Shown here: piece after piece, positions 36,090 through 51,304 of the stretch
Layout: each line of letters starts with the position of its first letter
Position numbering within the stretch: the first letter of the stretch is position 1
DNA from: the human T2T-CHM13v2.0 reference genome, Homo sapiens
Reading direction: 5' to 3' (one strand)
Length of the DNA stretch: 64,000 nucleotides
Assembly (NCBI RefSeq): GCF_009914755.1
Contig: NC_060932.1
The notes under the pieces: model-generated
Told to the model about the DNA's origin: nothing
Database searches by the model: none
What the model saw: only the letters and a program-made list of their open reading frames with translations
Position numbers and translations under genes: made by a program

Positions 36090-36437
36090 TAAAGGCATGC
36101 TTTATCTTAAAAAAAAAAATGAGAAATGTTCTCCTAGATATTTAAGAATTACAGTTGATCCTTAGGCATCTGAAAATGGTGTTTAGAGACAATAATGAAG
36201 CTATGTAGGGGATATTCTAAACTGGGAATTCTTTTGGGAACTGGGTAGGAAAATCCAGCTATCAGAGGTGAAAGTCTAGGCTAACATGACTGCAGTGGGA
36301 AATACACGAAGATCAATGCAGGTTAATTGCAAAAAAAAAAAAAAAAAAAAAAAAGAATTTGAAGTCTCATTGAATAGAGGGGAAGCATGGAGGTAGGGGG
36401 GAATTAAAGATGTCTTCAAGGCTTTGAGAAACAGGGA

Positions 36438-36797
36438 TGTAGTGGACACTGTTCATGCTCTGCCCAGATCCCCTTTATGTGTCTATTGCATCCGTCTTCC
36501 AAATGCCAGGGAAATTATGTCTTTTTATCCAGGGACAGCTGACAGCTAATGACTGACTTATACATCCTGGGATATGCCTCAAGGAGGGACAACTCTGTGG
36601 TGCCGTCCTGCTTCAGAGTTCCCTGTGGGATCAGGCTGAGGCTGGACTTCAACTGAAACCACATCTTGCTCAACTTCTGCTCTTGCCTTATCTGTTTCTT
36701 CTCCTTCCAGATTTCTCCTGAGAGAACTTCCTTAATAAATCACTTATGCAAGGATACCTGTCCTAGGCTCCATTTCTATGGATACTGACCTAAGATA
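36438..36797 (+). mobile_element. LTR16-family (ERVL) solo LTR
   Basis: tgtagtggacactg..gcccagatcccct; gggacaactctg; cagagttccctgtgggatcaggctgaggc; aataaa; gacctaagata. Confidence 0.7.
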
Positions 36798-37869
36798 GAA
36801 GAGTAGGGAAATACTGGAGCAACTGCCTTAGAAGGAAAAGTGGGAGAGCGGTGTTAATTTGTACTTGTTTGACAGATACTATCAATCTTTTCCCAAAGTA
36901 GTAAAAGCTCTCATGGTGCACCTTTTCACATGGGAAGGGTATGATCGCAGCTAGAGGAGGAAATTGCAAGATACTGAAGTAGTAGGCATATTTCAAGTAC
37001 ACTTCATCTAAATTTGACTTTTTAATACCATTTCCGTAACTATAGAGCCAAATGCCCATTGAACTAGTTCTAAGTGCATTTTATTAAGTGACCTAAATTT
37101 TAAAAATCGAAGTACTTTTCAAATAGAGAATAGAGGACCCATGAGCACCTAGGGATCTGTAAAACATCCCAAACAATTTTTCAAGTGTTTTATTTTTGGC
37201 AAAACTTAGTTTAACTCATTTTGCAAGTGCTCTTCTCTCAGTTTTTAAACCCTTGGGCATTTCAAAGGAAATTTAATCCGTATGTTTCTGATTCATTTAC
37301 ATTTTAAGTCATAAAACTGTTATTTTTATAAGGGCTGTTTGATATCCAAGAAACTTTCTGAGCCTTTTTAAAAATCTCTTTAAAGTCTTGTTAGTGGGAG
37401 CCAGGGAGCTGACATGGTGTGTGATGCACCACCCGAAAATGTAATCCAGACAGTCTCAGTCATAGACTGACCTCAGAACAATGCATGCCACAGCCAGCCA
37501 AAAAATAATGGCAATGTGATCATCAAGAAAGTTGGTCTGGACACCAGAGAACCCTTGAGACACACAAGAGAAGCCAACAGAAAATGATAGGAAAGATTAA
37601 AGTGAGATATACTAGCATGTCCTTGATGCATGTGCACATATAAGGACTAGACTAACCTCCATTATAGCAAGCCATGATTCCTGGCACCTTTCAGGAAGAT
37701 CTGCAGATTTCTGCAGGACAAAGTCGCATATCACAACCCAAATACTTTAGGTAAAGAAAACTGTGCCTCCCCCCAGCATTGTAAATAATAAGGGGTCCAA
37801 ATAACATTCAAGGACTTAAAGTAACTCACTGTATATTCTTACTACAGAGTACTAGGCAGCAATTAAAAT

Positions 37870-38120
37870 GCTGATGTTAATAATACTTAAAGATGTAGAA
37901 AGATGTTCCTAGTTCATTGCTAAATGCAAAATGTGGTGACAAACCTGTATACAGAGATTAGGATCACATTTATTTAAAAAAGGACTATCAAATATATATG
38001 TGCATTGAAATATTAAATAGTAATTATCTGTAACTGGTAGGGTCAGGGTGTTTTTATTTTATTTGCTTTGTTATATTTTCTAACTTTTCTACAATATGCA
38101 TTGTGTAGTTTAAAAAACTA
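37870..38120 (+). mobile_element. Ancient L1ME 3' end
   Basis: aaatattaaatagtaattatct..ggtagggt..ttttattttatttg..ttttctaacttttctacaat. Confidence 0.5.
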
Positions 38121-40164
38121 TTTGTCTACCTTTTAAAAATTATACAGAATAGTATTCCTATAATATTGTAGGAGAGCAATGCCCTTCTTTTTCTGCTTGT
38201 TTCTTTTGCTTGGTAACAACGTGCACGGGGTCCAAGCCGGAGGGGGTGCTGCAGCAAGCACTCGATGATCAAACTGTCTGAGAGTTGATGGAATGCAAGC
38301 GTTCATCTGGAATGGCTGAGTCTGTGGTGACCATGCTTTCTGAACCCCAAATTGGTCACACAGTCTAACCTGTGGGGGTGCATGACAGGATAGATTATTT
38401 TAAATCAGAACTGCTCTCAAACTTCCAGGACATATGGTCTTTCTGGCTGTGGGACACGTTGCTTCAGAAAGGAAGAAAAATTCTAAAAGGCAATCTGAGG
38501 AACTCTGAAGGAAAAAATAACAGCTGGTAATTTATAAAGCTATAGCTGCTGGTACTGAACATCCGCTGAACAAGAAGAACTCTTCATTCTCCCTTGTGTG
38601 ACTGTAGCAGCATTTTAAATCCAAAGGCCTATTACTCTCACATCTGCTGGCATCTAGTCAGCTGCTGTTTAAAGTCCTCCCTGCACAAAATGAACACGGC
38701 TGCCAATATTAATTATCTCCATAATTCTCCTGAAACGTGTAAAATAAATGCTTTCCCCTGAAGAACCACTCTCCCTAATATCATTAGCACCCCATTTCCT
38801 CTCTGCTTTTCTACCATCCCCACAACCTCAGGGCTGGTTCTGAATAACAAGCTATTTTCCTGTCTGTTCAGCTGGGCTCATCACATCCTCTTTGATCATA
38901 AAGATGGAGTAATGCAAAGCAAAACCGTCCTTTTTGAGCTCCTATCAGTAGAGAAAAGTTAGATAAATAATCTTTAATGCTTTTTTTTTTTAAAGTGATT
39001 CCACAACATTCCAATCAAAAGGAATAGGATAAGTAGGGGAATCAGTTAATTATATAAAATCAAGTTATTTCAAGGTCCTGGAAAGACTTTAACGTTCTGT
39101 GATGATTCTATTTAAATATGCTATATTCTTACCTTCTGGAATAGCTAGATCCATTCTAAATAGGCATTAATTTTAAAGTTTAAAAATGATGAAAAGTTTA
39201 ACCAATTGGCCTGTCATGGTTAATCATACTCTTCTACCAAACACTTTCTGCTCAACTTACAAGAAATGAACTCTCAGTTCCATGTCCTATGGGATAGTTT
39301 CCAAATGTTGGCAAATCTCTCTTCCGACGGAGAGCATTTTCTTCAAAAGTTTACCAGGGCCCTAGTTATGGATCGATGTCATATAAAGTCAATGTCCATC
39401 CAAATCAGACATACATGAATGAACTTCAGAAGTCCTTCATCCCATAGCAACGCAATGGGATGTTTTACTGATTCCCCCATCTGAGAAAGTTTAAGAGAGA
39501 GAGGGGAAGCAGGAGGAGGAGAGATGCAAGGAGGGGAAAGAGAGAGACTGACTTGAACTTTGATAAATTCATCCCCTAGTGTTCTACTTTTGTCATCGTG
39601 CCATGAGTCCTAGATTCAAATATCACCAAAGCAGTGGCCCCCAACATTAGACAGGATGTGAAAAATTGTTACAGACTATAGGTGCCTAATAATTATCTCA
39701 TTATAAAGTGTAGGGTGATTCGTACAAAACAAAAAGACTGTATATACATCATACTATGAGAGGGAAAGTAACTTTCTCAGGAAAGTTGACCCTTGAGTTA
39801 AATGATTAGGAGTTAAACCAGGGGTAGAGTGTGAATGCAGAGGATAAATAAATGAATAATATTATCAAGTATTTTTTGGTCAATGGGCATTATATCGCTA
39901 CCAATTAGAGCTGGTAGGCATATAGACTACCCCCCTCCCAAAAAAAGAAAACAGATCAGAACTAAATTATGATCAAATGTATATTTGAAAACAATTAAAA
40001 TATTTTGTTAATTTTTAAAAAATCAACATCCCTCATCTTAAGTAAATTTTTTCTCATCGGAGGTCCAGCAACATTTTATTCTCTGGCTACTACTGAATCA
40101 TGTAAAACCAAGCTCTCATTTTTTTCAGAAAGCAAACAAAAAATTGTGTGATGTTTGAGAATAC

Positions 40165-40529
40165 TTTTTTTTTTTTGAGACGGAGTCACTAAGTTCAGCC
40201 ACACTCCAAGTGAGGGAAACTAGCCTCTACCTTTTGAAGAAAGCCATATCACTGCACTGTCGCCCAGGCTGGGGTGCAGTGGCACAAACTCGGCTCACTG
40301 CAACCTCTGCCTCCCAGGTTCAAGCAATACTCCAGCCTCAGTCTCCTGAGTAGCTGGGACTACAGGCCTGCGCCACTGTGTCTGGCTAATTTATTTTTTA
40401 TATATTTTTAGTAGAGACAGGGTTTCACCATGTTGGCCACACTGGTCTCGAACTCCTGACTTCAGGTGACCCACCTGCCTCCACCTCCCAAGGTGCTGGG
40501 ATTACAGGCATAAGACACTGTGCCCAGCC
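40165..40529 (-). mobile_element. AluS carrying a 68-bp foreign insertion (40184-40251)
   Basis: Antisense dimer; the sequence gagacggagtc|...|ctgcactgtcgcccagg is interrupted. Confidence 0.93.
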
Positions 40530-40577
40530 TCTTTACTATTTTTTTTTAACATAATATTGTGTTTGAAAAAGCATGTA

Positions 40578-40815
40578 AGCCCAGGACTTTGAGACTAACC
40601 TGGGCAACATGGCAAAACACCATCTCTACAAAAAATACAAAAATTAGCCGGGTGTGGTGGGACACATCTGTAGTCTTAGTTACTCAGGAGGCTGAGATGG
40701 GAGGATTGCTTCAGTCCAGGAGGCTGAGACTGCAGTAAGCCCAGATCACACTATTGCACTCCAGCTTGAGTGACAAAGTGAGACTATCTCAAGAGAAAAA
40801 AAAAAAGAAAAAAGA
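40578..40815 (+). mobile_element. 5'-truncated AluJ inserted in a MIR
   Basis: Starts agcccaggactttgagac; poly(A); TSD aaaagcatg on both sides. Confidence 0.9.
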
Positions 40816-40824
40816 AAAAGCATG

Positions 40825-41010
40825 GATTTAGGTTTGAATCCCAGATTCCCCACCCATCAGCTTTGTGATGTAGCATATTAACTTTTCAGAGACTCAGTTT
40901 CCTCATCTGTTTTAATAGTGGCCAACATTTCTTGTTTAATGGAGCTGTTGGTAGACTTTAATTCAATTATATTTATAAGGGTGATAATATAGTATCTGGC
41001 ATACAATCCA
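40825..41010 (+). mobile_element. MIR
   Basis: ggtttgaatcccag...ctcagtttcctcatctgt core. Confidence 0.8.
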
Positions 41011-41904
41011 TGTTTATTCTCTTCTTTTTCCCTTTCCTTGGGGATAGGGGTCTGAGAAGGGGAAATGAGATAGCCCAAGCTCATCATCTTAGAAATAGTG
41101 CCCATGTTCAGGCAACACTAATATTTGCATGGTTGGCCTGATGTAAGTTAGCCAAGCCTGACTCAGTCTGATCATGTTCCTTTTCATCAGCTGGAAAAAA
41201 AAAGTAATATTTAGTTAGGGATTTGGGATGTCAGTAGAAAGCTAGTGCTCACCATTTCATTTACACAATGGAGAGACACCTGCAGTGTAGCTTGCAGAAC
41301 AGAATAGAATTGTTATAAAAAATATCCCCTATGGCAGCAAGGACACTTACAGTTAATGAGCTAATAAATATTGTCAAGTGACCTTTCTCTTGCCAAGTAT
41401 TAAATCATAAAGAGGGGGGAAGGGAAGGATTAGAACGGCATATTTGCTACAGAGTTCAAATTCTGAGCTGCTTCTGGCAAACTTTTATTACAATTGACCA
41501 CATCTTAGGCTTGTCAGTCCACCATTTCCCCATATTGCCTGACACTGCATGTTTGTTCTGTAGGGCAGAGACTTCTTTCTTGTGGATCAGTATCTGGTAG
41601 GAAGCACAATGTTCTTTTTCCTTTCAGGAATGGCCTTTTGCAGGTTTGTCTCTCCTGTTGCTGCCACACCTAAGGAGAAAGATTGGTCTTCCCCACCGCA
41701 AAATTAGCCTTTACAGTCTCATTTCATAGTCTCATGTCTCTCCAGAGATTGTTATGAACACTTGTTCTCAGTATTTGCTCAAAAATGTGTGAATTTTTAA
41801 TTTCCAACCTTGACACTCCATTCCAAATATCTGGTCTGTTCCAATTCTTTTTCACTGGACTGACACTACAACTCACCATTTCTTCAACTTCTAATTAGAG
41901 CCAG

Positions 41905-42426
41905 TGTGGTTGTTTTAGAAAATGTCCACAAATGCTTTGATATGGCTTTCTTCAAAAGGTAGAGGCTAGTTTCCCTCACTTGTAGTGTGGCTGAACTTAG
42001 TGACTTCTAACAAATACAATGTGGTAAAATTAATGTTGTTAGACTTCCAAGACTAGATCATAAAAGGAATAGTGACATTCTTTCTGTTCTTTTTCTTGGA
42101 TTAACCACTTTGGGGAAAATCAGTGCTATGAGAATTCTCAAATAACTGTGTGGAGAAACCCACAGGGCAAGGAATGTAGGCTTCCTGCCAATAGCTATCA
42201 GAGTCAACCATCTTGGAAGCAAACCCTCCAGCCCCAATTAAGCCTTCAGATGACTACAATCTTGGCTGATGCCTGTTTGGCAACCTCATGAGAAACTCTA
42301 ATAGAAAATCATCTAGCTAATCTGCTCCTAACTTTCTGACCCAAAGAAACTGTGAGGTAATAAATGCTTATTGTATTAAGCTACTAAGTTCAGTAATTTG
42401 CTAGGCAGCAAAAGATAACTAATGGA
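41905..42426 (+). mobile_element. MLT1F-like MaLR solo LTR
   Basis: tgtggttgtttta..gtccacaaat; gacttccaagactagatcataaaagg; aagccttcagatgact; aataaa; gcagcaaaagataactaat. Confidence 0.8.
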
Positions 42427-42619
42427 GATGGATTGTAAGATGTGTTCCTGGTCCCCTGCTTACTTACGGATTACAGAATAAGTTTTCTTTGAATACTTTT
42501 ATTTTTCCCAAAGAAATGTTACATTTCTGTTCAGCATTACTAGAGTTATTTCAATGCATGTCTTTATGAAGTAGTGGAGATTTTTATTTGGGGATTCCAA
42601 CCTTCAAATAGATCTCCAG

Positions 42620-44231
42620 TAACACAAACAAATGGAAAGACATTCCATGCTCATGGATAGAAAGAATCAATATCCTTAAAAATGGTCATACTACCCAGAG
42701 CAATTTATCAATTCAATGCTATTCCTATTAAACTACCATTGACATTCTTTGCAGAAAAAGAAAAAACTATTTTAAAATTCATATGGAACCAAAAAAGATC
42801 CCAGATAGCCAAGGCAATCCCAAGCAAAAAGAACAAAGCTGGAGGCATCAGTCTACCTGACTTCAAACTATATTACAGGGCTACAGTAGCCAAAACAGCA
42901 TGGTACTGGTACAGAAACAGACAAATAGACCAGTGGAACAGAATAGAGAAACCATAAATAGGGCTGCACACTTAACAACTTCTGATCGTATATAACAATC
43001 CTTATAAAAGCAATGAGGAAAGGATTCCCTACTCAATCAATTGTGCTGGGATAACGGGCAAGCCATATGCAGAAGACTGAAACTGGACCCCTTTCTTACA
43101 CCATATATGAAAATCAACTCAAAATGGATTAAAAAATTAAATGTAAAACCAAAAACTATAAAAACCCTGGAAGATAACCTAGGAAATACCATTATGGAAC
43201 AGGTAAAGATTTTATGATGTAGACACCAAAAGCAACTGCAACAGAAGCAAAATTTGACAAATTGGATCTAATTAAACTAAAGAGCTTCTGCACAGCAAAG
43301 GAAACTATCAACAGAGTGAACAGACAACCTACAGAATGGGAAAAAATTTTTGCCAGCTATGCATCTGAAAAAAGTCTAATATCCAGCACCTATAAGAAAC
43401 AAATTTACAAGAAAAAGGGGCCTAAGACATGAATAGACACTTCTCAAAAGAAGACATACATGCAGCCAATAATCATGAAAAAAAGCTCAACGTCACTGAT
43501 CATTAGAGAAATGAAAATCAAAACCACAATGAGATAGCATCTCACACCAGTCAGAATGGCTATTAGTAAAATGTCAAAAAATAACAGATGCTTGTGCGGT
43601 TGTAGAGAAAAAGGAATGCTGATACACTGTTGGTGGGAGTGTAAATTAGTTCAACTGTTGTGGAAGACAGTAGGGTGACTCCTCAAAGACCTAAAGGCAG
43701 AAATATCATTTGACCCAGCAATCCCATTACTGGGTATATACCCAAAGGAATGTAAATCATTCTTTTATAAAGATACATGCACACATATGTTCACTGCAGC
43801 ACCATTCATAATAGCAAAGACAGAATCAACCCAAATGCCCATCAATGATTGACTGGATAAAGAAAATGTGGTACATATACACCACAGAATACAATGCAGC
43901 CATAAAAAAGAATGAGATCATGTTCTTTGCAGGGAAATGGATAGAGCTGAAGGCCATCATCCTTAGCAAGCTAACACAGGAGCAGAAAACCAAATATGTC
44001 ATGTTCTCACTTATAAGTGGGAGCTAAATGATGAGAACACGTAGACGAGAACACCACATATAGGGCCTTTAGAGGGTGGGAGGAGGTAGAAGATTTGGAA
44101 AAATAACTAATGAGTACTAGGCTTAATACCTGGGTGACAAAATAATCTGTACAACAAACCCCCATGATACAAGTTTACCTATATAACAAATCTACACTTG
44201 TATCCCTGAACTTAAAATAAAAGTTTAAAAG
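42620..44231 (+). mobile_element. 5'-truncated L1PA (about L1PA13-15)
   Basis: [22 protein letters not shown]...[10 protein letters not shown]; 3' UTR gtactaggcttaatacctgggtgacaaaataatctgtacaac. Confidence 0.92.
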
Positions 44232-45397
44232 GAAGACACAAACAGATCTCTGGGAAAGATGTAGCCTCAAAGCAGAGTGTTATCCCTGAGTCTGCTTGCC
44301 CTTCCTTTGCCTGTCTTCACTTTTCTCCTCTTGGGACTTCCTTTGAGCTCCCTCTTTACTGTCAGATCCTGCCCTGAGGCAAAAACTGCCTGGGTGGGAG
44401 TGTTTGCTGCAGGGAAGGCACACCTGTAAGATGGGTGGGAGGGGCCAGACACAGAATCAGAGAGGCCTTGCCTAAGCCTGGAGAAAATGAACTGTCATTG
44501 CCAGAATGGAGAAATAGAAATTAGTAGGTGCAGGCCTACATTACAAGCAAGAGAGGGATAAAAACCCACCTCCAATTTGAGGTGCAAGTGAAAGACTTGG
44601 CTAATGGAAAAACAAGTCATGACATGAGAACGAGGCTCAGGAGGAATTTGGCATCTCCAGTGGCATCAAGAGGTTCTGAGGTTCCAGTGACCTCTTCCTT
44701 TAAAAGATACTCATTCTTCTCTTGTCTTTGGTGAAATCACAGGCTCCCAAGCTTCTTCCTAAGTTTCTGGGTCTTTGCTCTGTCCTTCTCCACTGGTGGA
44801 TCTCTAAATGTGACAATGTCCCAGGATTCCATCCTGAAACTTTTTCTTTCTGTATGCACTCACCCCAGGTGACATCATTTGACCCATGGCTTGAAATGAA
44901 TCTATAAGTCAATGATTCCAGATCAACATCTCTGGACTTCAGGTTTATATATCCAGAAATATTCTATCTCTGCGTGGGTGTCTAAAGAGCAGCTCAATCA
45001 TAAGATGATCCTAAAACCAAACCCTTAATTCCTACCCCACAACAAATTGGCTTGTGATTTTCTTGGTTATGGATTTTTTAAAATTACTTTTGCTCAACAA
45101 GTGCCTAAGCCCCAAATCTAGAAGTTATCTTGATTCCTCTCTTTCCCCTAGCAACCACATTTTGCCTATCAGCAACTCCTATTAAATTTGCTTCTGAAAC
45201 TCACCCTGTTCTTTCACCTCGTCCACTTATTGCTGTAAGCTAATGTGTGCTAGTACATACACTCTTCACCTCCATGATCCATTTCCCATACTATAGCTGA
45301 CTTTTAATTTAAACAATTCAGATCATAACTTACAATTGTTTTATTACTGTGAGAACAAAATCCATATGTTTCACCCTGATTTTATAAAGCCCTCTAT

Positions 45398-45794
<397 letters not shown>

Positions 45795-46109
45795 TTAGGA
45801 CCTTTGCACTTTCTGTGCCCTGAGCTTCAATTCTCTACTTCCTGATCTTTGCATGTCCAATTCCTTCTTGACATTTGATCCTTAACTTCAATATGACTTC
45901 CTCCAAGAGGCCATTCCCAACCAAACTCTCTAAAATAGCCATTCAGCTTCTCATATCACTTAATTTCAGTTCTTTGCCCAACTCTATCAAAACTATCTTG
46001 ATAATTTTGTTTTACTTTATTTGCCTTATTTTCTTTTTTGTAATTTTTTTTTAACTTTTATATCCCATTCACCTAGAACAGTTCCTGGTACAAAGTAAAG
46101 ACATAGTTA

Positions 46110-46501
<392 letters not shown>

Positions 46502-47045
46502 AATAATATTCCCCAGTTCTTCCCTCTGTTAATTTTTTGATGAAATGCTTTAATGTTGGGAAGTCATAAATTTGGAAACGAGCAAGAGTTTCTGTCTGAC
46601 TAGGATCCTATTTGTGTCCTGAGAATACAGTTCCTCATTTCCAGGAGGGCTTGGTGACAGGACTGATATGGAAGACTGCCATATGGTACATTGGTATGCA
46701 CCTGCCATGAGAACACTCATTGGAATAAACAGGAAAATTATGGAAAGTGGCTGGCTACAGAGGACTTGACATTTTGCCTCACAGCTCTGAGGGGAAAAAA
46801 GGCAGAACTATTGAGAAAGTATATGCACATATTAATTGGCATGTCATACACCTCCCTGGAGTAACACTAATTTGAGAAGGAGAAAAAAAGTCTTTCAATT
46901 TTTTTTATAGATGAATACCAAATACTTTTGCTTTATTATGTACAGCAGACCAAATTCTCATTGTGTACATACATCCAAAAATCTATGTGTGGTGCATACA
47001 CATGAATACCTGGAGGTTAAACTAACACCACAGTAGAAAAGATAA

Positions 47046-47361
<316 letters not shown>

Positions 47362-48380
47362 ACATATTTCTTATTTATGGTTGTGTTTATACTTCTAGCT
47401 TCTAGGCAACTTAATTGATTTGAATGTGGTATGTCCTTGTTAACAACTGTCCGAGCACATGACAAAATGACTCAGGCTAATATCCTGGTTTTGAAATATA
47501 GCATGTCAAGGTGAAAGGAATGATAGAAATATTTCAGTTCTTTTTTTTTAAACACTCGAGAACAAGTTTCCAGAGATGTTATATCACTTTCCCAAAGTTC
47601 CATAAGTATATAGCTGACACAAAGAAGAACATGCTATAGAAATGTAAACACACTTTAATTTGCTCATTAACATATTAAAAGTGAAACCCCAAACTCAAGC
47701 TAGTAACGCTGAGATGAGAAACATTTTATTCAGTTAATGAAGAGACTTTCTCTACCTCATATATTCATCAGTTCATTCTGTAATATCAAATTTGGACATA
47801 TACACATATAGACATAGATACCTGTATTCTGTCTTTTTTCACTGACCTGAATTTTTAATTTGATAGTTGAAATGCTAGTCAAGCAATTTTTTTTATGACT
47901 CAAATTTTCAATCAAGGAGTTAATGAATAACTGTGACATATTTTATATACATAAAAGCCACACACAGTGATATCTTAACATAGAGCTTTTCCAGGGACTA
48001 GTCAGGAGTTACAAATGGGAAAATTCTTAAATGGCATATATCTCCCACCCACCTTCCTTGTAGCTCAGTTCTCTAAGGAACACTGACATTATTTACAAAA
48101 GCTATGAGCTACCAAGAGGATATAAAAATGCTGAGTTGCTCAGGCAGAAGCATCTTTACTATACAGATGCTCAGAAGATCAAAAGCTAAAGTCAAAGTTA
48201 TTTTTTGCATACTCTAATGTATTAGAGAACTTTAATTCTGTAGTCTAATTTTTAAAGTTGTATAAATGTCCAATAATATCTGCTAAAAGAAAAGAGGGAA
48301 TAGGAAGAAGGAAAGAGAAAACGTCAAAAAATTCAATAGCCCCCATTATGCACCAAGGCAATTAAAGAGACATTTCATGA

Positions 48381-48879
<499 letters not shown>

Positions 48880-49879
48880 TAAAAAGAGGTGGAGGGGGGA
48901 CTAAAGCACCCTTACACACAGCCCACCATTTAGATTTGCCACTGCAGTTTTATACTTTTTAGGTTGGAGAAACAATTAATGCAGGAACAAAGGACATGAA
49001 GAAAAACTATAGTATTAGAGCTGGAACAGATCTAAGAAATCATCAGGTTTGTGGTCTGATGGCCACACAAGAAGCTGAACAAAAGGGGTAATTATTGAAT
49101 CTGGGTGATAGAAACATGGAGGTTTTATTATAGTATTCTCACTAGTTTATGTGTATTAGAAAATGTTAATAGAAGAAGAAGGAAAGAAAGAGAGGCTTCA
49201 AGTCCTACGAAAGAGAAATACTGATCATTTCCCCCTAAACTAATAGTAAATGCCATTGCAAAGGACTTTGCACTCAATACTTTGCTCTTGTACTATGTCA
49301 AAAGAAACCATGACCAATTTTCTCTTTTGCGGAGATTGTCCCACCAACTGCCTCAACTCTTGGAAACAAGTAACCCCTTTGAGAGAGTCAGAAACAGGAG
49401 TCTGGATCAGTACAAAAGCAGAAAATGAGACATAAAATCAAAACACCCCATGCTCTCAATCCTCTGTCGATCTCTGTGCCACCAGAAAGGCAAACCCTGC
49501 ACATCTGCTTTCCACTGCACAGCTGCGTCACGGACATCAGGTGGGGTACTACTTTATGGATTCTATTTGCAATCATTGTATAGACTCTCAATACTAAGCA
49601 AGCCCAGAAATGAATGTTAGCTTTGTATATGCCAAATTAGGAACCTACCTTTTCAGATGCTAAATTCAGAAGGTGTTTAGAAGGAGAATTAAGGGAATTT
49701 GACTTGATGAGAAGGTAGCTCTTCATGGAAAATTGAAATGAGTAGAGAGACCCAGTGATATTCCAACCCAGGCATTGTTTGTCCCTGTGCTGCTGAGGGT
49801 TCCTCTGGCCACACACAGGCTGAAAAACCCCTAGGAACTTCAGCAAGTTCCCTTGGAAGTAATTTTTAATAAAGTCCAA

Positions 49880-50200
49880 TCAATCCGCCAAAAGTTTACC
49901 ATAGAACATGTTAGGTGCCAAGTGTTATACTATGTCATAGAAATAAGATACAAATGACTTCAAGAAAATCAAGGTCAAGTGGGTAAGATTAAGAGAAATA
50001 TCAATAATAATACATCTGACACATGTATTGCTAGGTGTTTATCCAAGGAGAAATCTCATGAAGACAGTAAGGAAAGCCTAGAAAGAGGACATGGCATTTG
50101 AGCTGAGTTTTGAAGGATGAATAGGAGCTCACCTACTGAAGGTATGGAAAGGGAGTACATTGCACGACGACAGAGCAGCATGAATAAAGTTCCTGAACTA
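49880..50200 (-). mobile_element. L2 remnant
   Basis: ggaaagcctag..ggcatttgagctgagttttgaaggatgaatagga..cagcatgaataaag. Confidence 0.6.
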
Positions 50201-51071
50201 CACACAGGCGTGAAATGTACATACTCCATCTACTGGGTGGGTTGGTCTTCTGGCAAACATGGTATGCCTTTGATGAGTGAGGCACCATGTCCCCAAGCTG
50301 GGTAGGGGTGATGCAAATAGCAATCCGATGTGGCATCTGCCCAGAAGAGATAGCTGTGAAGCCTGCTTATGGCTGCTGGTGAAGGTCTCATCTACACTTG
50401 AGCTGGAGGTCAGGAAACAGAAAGGGCTCTTTTCCTACCTTGGGCATGAGCATCCCACACAGAAGGAAACTCAAGCGCCCCCTCCCTGCTCCACCCCACC
50501 AGCACAGGGATTTAGGAACAAGTGGAACAGCAACACAAGGTAAGCCTTAGGCACAATTTCTGAGACAGCAAAGCATGCCTCTGTCTTTGGATTTACTTAG
50601 ATCTCATTTTTCTTACCATCTGCTTCTTGTCACACCCTCTGCTCCCAACAAAGTTTCATCTACAACCCTTCGGGCCTCTAATACTCAACAACCCCAAGCC
50701 CACTTTACCCTAGACTACCTTTCCCAGAAATTGCTTATTCTAAAACTGTGTCCTTTCTGCCCAAAAAAGCTTCTATTCTCAACTACAGGGACCTCGACTT
50801 GATATTAAAGGAAAATGAGCAAAGTGAAATAGTCCTTAGTAAGCTGTGAATGATGCAAATTCTCTCAGATCTCCCTGGGGACTAATCTTCTCTTTTAATA
50901 GCACTGTTTAACTCAAATTCCAGGTGGCATTTCTGGTAGTTTGAAGGGAATGTCTTAGGATCGGGACTTGTTTCAGTGATTCATATAGTCTACAACCAGC
51001 ACACAGGCTCCACTACCCACATGGAAGCTGACCCTGGGAACCGGGAGGGAAACAATCATTCTTAGGCTGGC

Positions 51072-51304
51072 CTTTTTTTTTTTTTTTTTTTTTTGAGATA
51101 GGCTCTGGCTGGGATGCCCAGGTTGGAGTCTAGATGGCACCATCATGGCTTACTGCAGCCACGTACTCCCGGGTTCAAGTGATTCTCCCACATTAGCCTC
51201 CCAGGTAGCTGAGACTACAGGTGTGTGCCACCATCCCTGCCTAAATTTTTTAATTTTTTTTTTTTTTTTTTGGAGAGACATGGTCTCACTATGTTGCCCA
51301 GGCT
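51072..51304 (-). mobile_element. 5'-truncated AluJ
   Basis: Poly(T), right monomer, partial left monomer; tcttagg on both flanks. Confidence 0.88.
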
